DNA from: Eledone cirrhosa
Taxonomy: Eukaryota
DNA length: 64,000 nucleotides
Reading direction: 5' to 3'
NCBI GenBank assembly: GCA_964016885.1
Contig: OZ024740.1
Span: forward strand, 269,328,001-269,392,000
Part shown: in pieces, positions 53,098-64,000 of the stretch
Layout: each line of letters opens with the position of its first letter
Numbering within the stretch: position 1 is the first letter of the stretch
Position numbers and translations under genes: made by a program
Notes under the pieces: generated by a model
Databases searched by the model: none
Told to the model about the DNA's origin: nothing
The model's input: the letters and a program-made list of their open reading frames with translations, nothing else

Positions 53098-56000
53098 ACA
53101 TATATATATATATTCTTCTGACTTTTTTCTGCCTCAAAAGATATCGTCATTTTTGTGCTTTAAAAATAAAAGAAAGATGCTTGACAGGTAAGAAAAATCT
53201 AATTTATTAGCAAGAAATAAAGTTGTTTATCTAATTTTCTTTCATGACTTTTGCAGATATATTTTATTGTAAGCAGCTTTAGATATATCATCTTGTTGTA
53301 GTAAAATAACAAACAAAAAGTAACAATAACAGCTAGACACACAACTTTGCCGCTACCATGAAAAAAAAATCAAAACTTGAAAAAATATATGAATGGAAGA
53401 AAATAAGGGAAACATGAATAAGTAAAATAAAAGAAAACTATAGTTTTACAAAAGTTACTTGTTATGAATAAATAAGTCACAAAATGTTAGTGTCTTGTGG
53501 CTAAGATCAACAAACATCATATACAATTGTTACAGAGAATATTAAACAGTAAGCTACATCACTTGTTCAACAAATTTATTATGATGAAAAAAACAAATTA
53601 CAAAATAACTAATTCTATCTTTAACAAATAAGTCATTTCTAATAAATAAATAAGCTGAATTAAATGCTTTGTTTGGGAAAGTATTATTAGATGAGACATA
53701 ATGGGTAGATAGGCAAAATAAAACAAATGATATTAAAACATTTGAATCAACAGGAAATTCAGCTACCATTTTTTCTATGATAGACAGAACTTATTCTGTA
53801 TATTAACTCATATAAACAGCTTAACCCTTTAGCTACTATATTTTTCAGGAAAAACTTTTGATGATTTTCAAATGATTTGAAAACAGTCTTATCTGTTTCA
53901 AATTTAAGCTTATGATAGGGACACAACCTGACAAAGTTTCTTGGGTTCCTGCACACAATTATTATGGGAGGGTTTTTAGACACAAAACGTGCCCAGTTCA
54001 CACTGTAAAGTAATTGTGTTGGTGACACAACAAAAAGTGCCCACTGTAAAGTGGTTGTGGTTGGGTTGGTGACACTATAAAAAACACCTGGTACACACTG
54101 TAAATGTGGTTAGCATTAGGAAATTTGTAGAAATCAAGCTAGAATTAGTTCTGAATGAGCAAGACACGGTCATCTGATCTGTCTCACAATGGGACAACAC
54201 ATCTAATCCATGCTAGCGTGGAAAACTGGATGTTAAACCATGATGATGATGATTTTAAAACAGATATGCTTCATACAACCACAGGCAGTCTCAGGTAGTC
54301 TGATATAAAAGGGATTGAAATCTTTCTTTTTCTTCTGGCTTGAATTGACAAGGCTATGTACACAGTAGAAGCAGACTGAGATAGACATATAGACATGTAA
54401 TTGGGACATATCTAAGAACACACATAGTGCAAGCTGAAGTTGAAAGGAGATATATTGACCTGGAAATCTATCTAACGTATGTAATCATGGGTAAACTGAG
54501 CTTAAATCATAAGAGGATGGGGTAGTGTTCATATATTTCTTATAAATAAAATTAGAACTTCTGTATATTTAGGCAAAGGTAGTGTAATTGATGTTTGGAG
54601 CAAATTATTACAATGCTTAGTATTTTCAGGCAGTGCATATATTAACATTTTTTTACTGGTTTCAGCTATTAGACTGCAACCATATTGGGGCATCACTCCC
54701 AGTACTTATTTCAGTTAGATACTATTTAATTGATCTCTATTTTAAGAATTGGTCAAGTTACAATTTTGGCACAACACGTATTTTTGGCAATAAGTAATGT
54801 TGTGTCAGACACATAAACCCCCAAACAAACACAAACATGTATATATGCACTCATGCTCACACACACACACACACACAGGTAGGTTGGTAGGTAGATATTT
54901 GACAAGCTCCACCACACCTTCTGTTTACAAATTCCACTCAAAGTATTGTTCAAACCAAGACCCAAGGCTATAGTAGAAGTCCCTTGACAAATATAACACA
55001 CATTGGGAACAAACTCAAAACCACACAGCTGCAAAGCAAACTTCTTATATACAGCCATACCTTACATAATCCTTATAAGAATTTAAATTTTAGTGGTTGA
55101 AGAGCATACACAATAAAACTGGCTATAAATAGAACAAGAATGGGTAGTAAAGTAAAAGAAATGTCTGCAAAGTAGCAGACAATAATAGAACTATTAGCTT
55201 CAAATGGATTTTATATAAAAATGTACAGTTTACAAATGAGTCTGCTCTCAAGTCATATTTCCATTTGATTGAATGCAAGATATCATTATTGGCATATTTC
55301 ATTTAAGAAGTAAAGATCTACAAGTTCACTTTTATTTACTTAATGCATTCGTGTTTCTGTAAATAAATAAATAAAAGAATAAAGAAAACACTGATAGCAG
55401 TATTGTAGCAAGGCCTTTGCCATGGAGGCTAAAACAAACTAAAGTACTACAGAACTTCTCTAATATGGTTTCACTTTTTTTGTATGTTTATACTTAAATA
55501 TTTGCATGAAATAATGGCTAAGAAATTTTTTCTATTATTAAAAAGTAAGAAAAAAAATCAATTATAATATAATGTAAGATAGAAAAGTTATTATATATAT
55601 TTCTTGAAAGTAACACAATAGTGACATTTTATTTTACATTAAATTTGCTAGGAGTTTAGACAAATATTAAAAATAAACCTTCCATAGTACAAATCAATGA
55701 GTGAGCCTCTACATGGTCGTTTGATCTGCTACAAATAACAGCCAAATCTTATCCAAACTAGACCTTACCACTTCTATAAAGAAGGACATATTAAAGACAT
55801 AATATATTTTTAAGTGCTTTGTCAGGTGAACGAAAACAGTGGTGGTCAAAATCGAGACTGAGCTGGATATAAAAGTTAAGTATTTTTCTTTCACACAGCT
55901 TAAGTAACTACACATTTTTTCTCTTCCTCACTATTAGATGTAAATGGCAAATATTGAATTCTACACTATCCATGGCAACTGAATTCCTCAAACTTAACTA

Positions 56001-59000
56001 TAGTCTATTGCATATCTGCTGAAAAGTACTAAATGGTTACTCCCATGTATATGATCTACTCCCTCATTGTCAGGGGTCCACTTTATCAGGGCTTATGACT
56101 GCTTATGAAGAACAATTCGTTTATCACATATACTCCATAAATTCAGAATAAAAGCAGCTCATCTAAGGAAGGAGATGCATGAGGTGGGGTGGCTGTTGAG
56201 ATGAGTGTTGCTGGCCATTGTCCATGGAAATGCCTTTGCAATTTTGACCATGGGGTACAGCCAAAACAGCACTCTGATCTAGGTGTAGAGTGCATCACTC
56301 TTTCCCTTTCTAGCTTTCTTTTTCTGTTGCCTAATAGTCCTTGAACTTTCCCTCCTTTTCCTCTCATTTATGGCATTTATAATCCTTTCCAATATTGCTT
56401 TCTTTTTCTGTACATTTTATTGAACATTTTATTGCTTTCTTTTTCTGTACATTTTATTGAACATTTTATTGTCAAATAAATGCATGTATTTATGTATATA
56501 ACATTTTGATATTTAGTTTTAAAAAATCAAAACAAAATAAAAGTATATAATTTGAAATGTAATTGCCCATATGTAAATGACTATAACAATAGTCAATCAT
56601 TATATATAATATGAAAGTCAGCTGAAAAGTTCATAGCCTGACCAACATGTTCTTATGGAATGACCAAATGAGGTAAATTTTTCAGCATAGTCCCAGCAAA
56701 GAAACAATGTGGTTATTAATAAGAAGAGTTGAAATTAATGCATGCAAGATTTCACAGTTCTAGTATCTCTCTTTCATAGTCAGCCTATAAACTTTCAGTT
56801 GATTCTCGTAGTTAAGAAAAATGTGCAAGTAATACTGGAGACAGAAAAAAAGTGGACTGAGATGCCTACAAGGAATCATACACCTCATCCCTCAGATGCC
56901 AAGTGAATGCAAAGAGGGCCCTAATACCTCCTTAAAATATAAAAATGATACAATAGTAACCATGAAAAATGAAGTTAAAAATAATCCTCTTCAGAGGAAT
57001 AGTAACCAGATATGCTTAAAATAATCACAGTATCTAGTAAGTGAATTGTAATCAAGAAATTATGTCTAATAGTACAGCAATAAAGAAAAATTTGCAGTAA
57101 GATATGGAGATATACGAGCACAAAAAGATATTAGCAAAATGACAGACCATTACAAAGGAGAATATCACTGTAGCATTGATTGTTGCAATATATCTAGCTG
57201 AAAAACTGCTTTACTTATGAGCTAGCAAAGCAGTTTTTAAGAAGCTATTATCATATATACTTGAATATAAGCCAAGGAATATGTAAGCAAAAAAAATTAA
57301 TGGTAAAATGTGAGTTTGGCTTATATTTAAATATATATGGTAATTTAAGCTGATAACAGTATATTGCCATATTTATCAAGACGTGAAAATGAATAAATAA
57401 ATTAAAGCATAGTGAAATTTGAACTGAAAATACTGAGGAACAAACTAGGAGTTTTCATGCAACTGATCTAATTCACAAACATCTGCATACATGAGCTAAT
57501 AAAGAAACCACTATATAATTGCTCAACTCATGAAAAACAGAAAATATACAAACATGTAAATAGAGGTTATATTAGATAATGTGGTCATATGTCCACAGTG
57601 TCTATGGAAATGATCAAATGGTCATGGCTGAAATATCTTTCACCATAAGCCAGTTCAATCAGCTCTGATAACACCTTCATCAATATGTTAATGAAGATAA
57701 CATTAACAATTATTTTAATGCATAAGAAGCTTAAAATATTTAGAGTAAGCAATATACAATATTGAGTTATTCAATCATTTCAAAAGTGGAGTAGCAGCAA
57801 GTAAAATGAACTGATGGGGCCATCTTTATAAATCAAACACTACCATTTTAAAAAGGAAGGACACATATTCAATAATGTATTCAGAGGAATGTTTTTCATC
57901 ATAAATCTGCTTGATCAAAGTTGATTTCAGATAAACAACAACAACAGTAAATGAAATAGTTCTAAGAATGAAAACTGGGTTATGAACATGGCTTGCTGTG
58001 AATTTACTTAAATTCAACATTGTTTGTCAGTTTCATAATAACACAAACAATAAACAATAACAACAATAATAATAATAATAATAATAACAATAATGATGAT
58101 GATGACAACAACAACAAAATAATGTTGATATTGATAATAATTATAAAAACACTACTAAATAAAATCTTTATGGAAATCACTTAAGACAGAAATCAAAATC
58201 AAATAACAGAATTGATGAAATGAATCCCTTTAACATTCTTATTATGAAGATAAGAAAAAATAAAGTTTAAGAAGAAAATACACAATTTTAAAACAGATAA
58301 CTGTAAAAATCAAAATCAAATAACATAAAACATCAATTCTGCATTGCATACATTTTAATATGGTTCAGTTGGGTCTTTTTTTTTAAGATTCAAAATCCCC
58401 GCATTATTTAGCATTTAAAAATAGTAATTAATTAAATAAATAAAAACAAGCTAATACTAATGATGTGATGTCAATAAATTTGCAAGGTTTTGATGTAACA
58501 AGTATTTAAAAAGAAAGCAATCGAATTGTGTTATTTTATTCAAGTCAATTAATGAATTAAAGATCAAGTAATTAATGTAAATTTGATTAGCTAATTTCCT
58601 TCACATAAACACACAAACCATACACATAGAGATACATACATGGCGTATGCAAACATAATCCCAAGCCGGATACACAAACCCCACATGTGATTTCCCACAG
58701 AACAAATATGTACCTTCTCACAAGACACTTGCATACACACAATAACAAAAAGCATACATATACACACACTCACAAAACACATACACACATTTTAATATTC
58801 ATTTGTATTTTGCTTTTTAATACTCTGTGATTTCCAATTCATGTAATTATCATTAGTAAAAGACTCTGGTCAATACTGTGAAATGTATTGATAAATCAGT
58901 AGGGTAATAGATGAAATGCCTTACAGTAATTGAGTATATTTTATTTATGTAGTTGAGTATATTTATGTTCTGAATCCAAATCCAACTGAGGTCGATTTTG

Positions 59001-59519
59001 TTCTCATCCTTTGAAATTCAATATAATAAAGTATCAGCCGAGAACAGGTGTCGATATAATTGACTATACTCATGCCATAGAGTTGAGGCTTTGTGTCTAT
59101 GTTGTAAATCAATAATAAACTGGTTCAGTGTTCCATCAATGTATTATTTTCTCTAGCCTGATGTCAGGTGTTTGCAAGGGAATATCTAATATCTTGCACA
59201 GATAGAACATGAAAGGAAGATAACTCTAAATGTGTTGTGACTCATTGTGTCTCATTGATCTAGAGACTTTGTTGTTCTTGTTTAGTTAGCCCCAGATCTA
59301 CCCTGATTGAGCAGACATATCAAATGCATTTCAGAAATAACTTGTTTTTCCTCTTTTTCAAGCATAGTGTACTTCATTATCTAATGTCTGTTTCAGTTTT
59401 ATGATAGTAGGATGTGATTTGAGAATATTTGGTTGCTATTTCTATCAGAGTGTGTAACAGAGATCACTCCATTGATACATATACATTTTATCAAAGATTC
59501 TTCTTTCACTTAATCCTAT

Positions 59520-60000
59520 GAGGGTTGTGGAGGCAGATTCCTTGAACACTCTTACCAACAGGTCATGTCAGAAGCAACCGTCTCTAATTGATCCAGCTGG
59601 ATCCGCAAGTCAGACCAGCTGAGCTCATAGATGTTATCAATCCATCTTGCACTGGGTCCACCCGTGGATCACCTGCCAGTTGGTTTTGCCCATAAAATCT
59701 GTCCAGCAATTCTTTCCTGAGATATTCTGACCACATACCTGTAATATCAACATTGTGATCTCTCAATTCGGAGAAGTAGTTGCTCTACCTGGAGTGACTC
59801 TGATCTCCGAACTATTCATTCTATTAAGTAACATTACTACAAAGATCCTTTGGAGCAACCACATTTCAGCTGATTGCATTGTAATGGATAAATATTGATG
59901 CATCACCACAAGCCATATAATAGAGATTATGACCGGAGAGTATCATTTTAGAGATAAAATAAGTTTGAACTATTAGAAGCATCACAAATTTTCTTCAAGC
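59520..60000 (-). mobile_element. Old RTE-like LINE fragment
   Basis: Minus strand gives QSAEMWLLQRI..SEIR..LLRIERSQ..YVVRI..ERIAGQIL..PTGR..RW with frameshifts. Confidence 0.6.
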
Positions 60001-61819
60001 CACCTTCAGTACATTGAGTACATAATAAGCCTGCATGATAGCTTTTATGTAGTAATTACATTTCTAATAAATGACTTTAAAATAAGAATCACATGTTTAA
60101 ATTCTACAAGCCAACCTAGTATGTCTTGCAATAGACGCTAATTAAATGATTCTGTGAATCCTTAATCATGTACAATTAATTAAGCAATGCAGAAAACAGT
60201 GGTAACTCCTTCCCATTAACACCAACAATGTTATATGCTTTACAAATAGTGTAAATGAAGTAAATTTTTTTTCTATATTATACACTATCTTGAAAAGAAA
60301 CAATGTATCTGAAGGTATCTAAAAAAAAAATAGTTTACTCTCATATAACTCCTCAACAAGTGAGAATACCTGAGAAAATATAATGCGGTGTCTTATTTCA
60401 AATTCACACAAGGAAGCCCCTCACTGCCTATTTCCTGTAATGTGTGATAATTCCTGCCTATGAGTTATACTCTACTGGCTTCTACTTACCAAATTATGGT
60501 CATAATCATAACCATAGTGTAACCCATTAACACCATGAAGATCAGCTGCAGTTGTAACATCAGCACCAAAATACTGACTTCCATGTGTGCTGCCCATCTT
60601 TTTCTCATCATCATCATCATTTTACGTCCACTTTTCCCTGCTTGATATTTGCTTTGTCACCATTATCATCACCATAATTATTATCGCTGTTTAACATCCA
60701 TTTTCCATGCTAGCATGGGTTAGACGAGCTGTCCTGTTAGGAGACAAGCCAGGTCAGATGACCATGTCTTGCTCATACAGAAGAGATTTGGGTTTTGGGG
60801 TCTATGGCTGGATGCCCTTCCTAATGCCAACCACATTTACAATGTGTACTGGGTGCTTTTTGTTGTGACAGCTACACAAATCTGTATTGAACAAAATTAC
60901 TTAGTAAAATAATGAAACATTTCATCAGATAAAATTATCAGAAGTAAACAAAGACAATTAATCTTGAATATTAATTTTGTAAAGATCAACAATAATTATC
61001 AAAATAACACTAAATAGAATATGCATAATACATTATTCAAAAGTCTGAATAAAAACAGAAATTCAAACACTAGTTGTGCAATATTTTATCGATCTACTCT
61101 TTGTGACAATTTATTAGAAATATAGTATGGTGGTCACAGAGAGAGGGGAAAACAAGGTGAAATATCGCACATTATTAAGTTCCATCTAACTAAAGCTCTA
61201 AGATCAAATCATGTTGAAGAAAACCCCATGTTTTATTTATCACTACTTTTTAAAATTAATACCAGTAATACAAATAGCTGGTTATGTCTCCATAAAATTT
61301 GAGAGCTAGTGCTTTGAGTAAATTAAAAAGTGAATCTCTTATTATAAGAAAATGTATCTATGAGGTTGTAGCTTAATTCTTTATTCCCCAACAGCTATCA
61401 CTACCACTACTACCATGGCAGTTTAACACCTTACATAGAAGATCTGAACTTGTCATCCAGTACTGTAGATATGAAGTTATGAAGTAATGAGCTATGAAAT
61501 GGTAGTTTAACACTTTAAAGAGCAGATGTGAGCCATAGTGTGACAATAAGGCACTTAATCTTTTAGTTACAGACCCAGCCAACATAATTTTATATAAGAA
61601 CCATATGTTAAGTCACTATCCAGCAATGAATAGTGAATAATTTTAGTAAATCCCTCAAAATTCTCCATTAATTAATTGAAACAGAGTGTATTTCATTAGA
61701 AATGCAGTCATGAAAGGGTTAAAACAGCAGATTTGAGCCAATCACATCATTCATTTCTGCTTCGAGTAAATTCAGTAATTTATTAGAACAAAAAAAAAGA
61801 AACTCAAGAAGGCACTTAC

Positions 61820-61912
61820 GTTAAGCATTGCAATGAAAAGACGGTCTATGAAGGAAACCCAAGCATGAGGCATTAACAAACAACGATGCCATTCTGAAGG
61901 TTGAACTGGAAC
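61820..61912 (-). CDS. Host-gene internal exon, 93 nt, VPVQPSEWHRCLLMPHAWVSFIDRLFIAMLN
   Basis: Acceptor tttttctcataaaattacag, donor AAC|gtaagt; phase 0/0, open. Confidence 0.8.
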
Positions 61913-62271
61913 CTGTAATTTTATGAGAAAAATGAAAATTAGGTAACTATCAACAAAAGACATCATCATTATCATCATCTTGGTCATCAGTTTTATACCC
62001 ATTTTTCTATGCTTGCATGGGTTCGACAGGTCCTTTTCAGTATAGCATCTCTCCACTCACCACATTCCTTCATCATCCCTTCTGTGAGTCTCAGGGATTT
62101 GAAATTTGCTCTCACCACCTCTACCCAGATCTTTCTTAGTCTACATCTACTGTGGCTTGCTTCCACTTGGATTTCATGGCACTTCTTCACACAGCAACCA
62201 TTATCCATGTGCATAAATCATTTAATAGTAAGTATGAAATTAAAATAAAATAATGTAAGTAGTAAATGTAC

Positions 62272-62387
62272 CTCATGAAGTAACGTGTTGAACATCTGCT
62301 GAAAGTTTTTGCTACGACTCAATATTTCATGGGGCTTCGGTGTTTTGTTTTTTTCAACTGGTAGGTTATAAGCAAAAAGTAAACCAG
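62272..62387 (-). CDS. Host-gene internal exon, 116 nt, GLLFAYNLPVEKNKTPKPHEILSRSKNFQQMFNTLLHE
   Basis: Acceptor ttttttctatgatttttcag, donor GAG|gtacat; phase 1 in, phase 0 out, open. Protein not recognised. Confidence 0.78.
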
Positions 62388-63729
62388 CTGAAAAATCATA
62401 GAAAAAAATTTAAATTAAATAAATGAAGCATACTAACAGCTAATTTATGAATATAAATGGCGATGATGAAGTGGAAGAAAAGAGACAGTAGCAGGCTATA
62501 TTTTATACAGTTTTGGTTTCAAAACTATATTTCCAGTTCAAAACATGCCAAGGTTAAGTTCAGTTTTTATTTCTTTGAGATCAATACAACTAGCTTTGCT
62601 TTGTGTCAATGTATGAAATCAATATTTAATTTGTGATAAGCTAAAAAGTATTAGTTATAAATATATAATCGGAATGGAAAATGTTTGTTTAATGTATATT
62701 CAATATTTAACAACTTGTTGAGTGCCATATAACTGAAACTAGGATTACAACTTATGTTAAGAAATTTCACTTCAAGTAAAGCATTTGTGTTCCAGGTAAA
62801 TTCAGAAACATCGTAACATCCATTTCCTTCCTTCTAAAAATAGAAGAATCTAGTGTACCTACTCACAAGATACCAATGTCTGGTTCCAAAATTATTGCTT
62901 TTTAAACTTGTTAAATATCAAAATATTAACTGTTAGAGATTTTAAAAAGTGTCATTCAGTCCTGAAAGATCAATATATATGTATTTAAAAAAACATTTTG
63001 ATATTTATGGAAAAAGAGAAAAATATAAATAATGTTAATTTTTTTTTCTTCGGTTTTCTAAAGAAGCAAAGTTTTCTTTTAAGGGAAGAGTGAGTATAAT
63101 TTACTCTAAACATTAAATTTTCCTAATCTTATTTTACCAATACTGATACAGTAAATAACAAAAAGCATCTTTTTATGGATGGTGAACCATCCAGAAACAT
63201 TTTGACACAATAACACACAAAAATGACACTACCTTACACACCAACATAAGATTAGATCTAAAGGAATCAAGATTCTTGCATACTAATGGAGTCCATCTGT
63301 GTTCATTGATAGAATATTGAGCAAAGTCAAATATAAAATAGATGAAAGTATCCTATCTGGAATGCAATGATCAAGAAAACAAACCACTTCATGGCAGTGA
63401 ACAGCATTATTAAGAGAGCAGTTTGCCACATTCAGAGTGTGAGATGTGCAGAATACCTTCAAATGTTCAAGAGGCTACTTCCATAAGAAATCTATTAAAT
63501 CAGAATTGATTTTAGTTATTCAACAACATAAAGCTTCTCGTTTGATTCTCTATCTTTTAGAAATTCACTGATGTATGTATAAATAAACTTGGCAAATTAG
63601 TATTTAAATGAAATACAATGTATAGATATATTGACAGCATTTCCAAATGAATGCTCATTTATTTCACTTCATCATAACATATCAAATGAAGTAATGGCTG
63701 GAGGCTAACGAAAACTGAAAAATGTGTAA

Positions 63730-64000
63730 CTAATAAGCTACTTAACACAATGAAGTTACATTGACAGAATGTAAACATCTCAGCAGAATGTAGATATTTT
63801 AACAGACTGTGATACTAATAAGCTACTTAACACAATGTATATACATTGACAGAATGTAAACATCTTAACAGAATGTAGATATTTTAATAGCATGTAGACA
63901 TGTTAACAGAATGTAAATATGTTACCAGATCTGTAAATATGTTTACAAATCTGTAAATATGTTTACAAATCTGTAAATATGTTTACAAATCTGTAAATAT
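63730..64000 (+). repeat. 19-20-bp satellite (ctgtaaatatgtttacaaat) emerging from diverged higher-order units
   Basis: Diverged 19-mers (acagaatgtaaacat..) in two about 95-bp blocks, then homogeneous 20-mers to the window end. Confidence 0.85.

Noticed and set aside
60490-60545. Extra minus-strand exon with a gtaagt donor
   Set aside because: Weak acceptor and phase incompatible with the neighbouring exons.
62867-62992. Possible upstream exon (tttcag..gtgagt)
   Set aside because: Stops in all three frames.

Overview
Eukaryotic (metazoan), AT-rich, repeat-dominated DNA. The style (very long (TA)n/(TACA)n tracts, RTE LINEs with (GAT)n tails, tRNA-headed Meta/CORE-type SINEs) suggests a cephalopod/octopus genome, but that is inference. 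Nearly all 'YIYIY' ORFs are microsatellite artefacts. Real content: (1) five small minus-strand exons of an unidentified host gene (62387 to about 31180); (2) a young RTE-clade LINE family with one near-full-length copy and several truncated copies in both orientations; (3) CR1-like, BovB-like and CRE-like LINE fragments, a DD37D maT transposon, mariner/hAT/piggyBac MITEs, a Chapaev-like remnant and tandem non-autonomous Helitrons beside a 27-bp GCGCATGCGC minisatellite; (4) the most striking signal, invisible in the ORF track: at least 11 type-I hammerhead-ribozyme (HHR) motifs from about 7 sequence families. Most lie in Penelope-like (PLE) pseudo-LTRs arranged as inverted repeats or snap-back palindromes inserted in (TA)n. 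A small three-copy element appears to be a hammerhead whose catalytic CUGANGA strand was replaced by a fold-back copy of its own substrate half. All structures were read by eye; no folding or database search was run.
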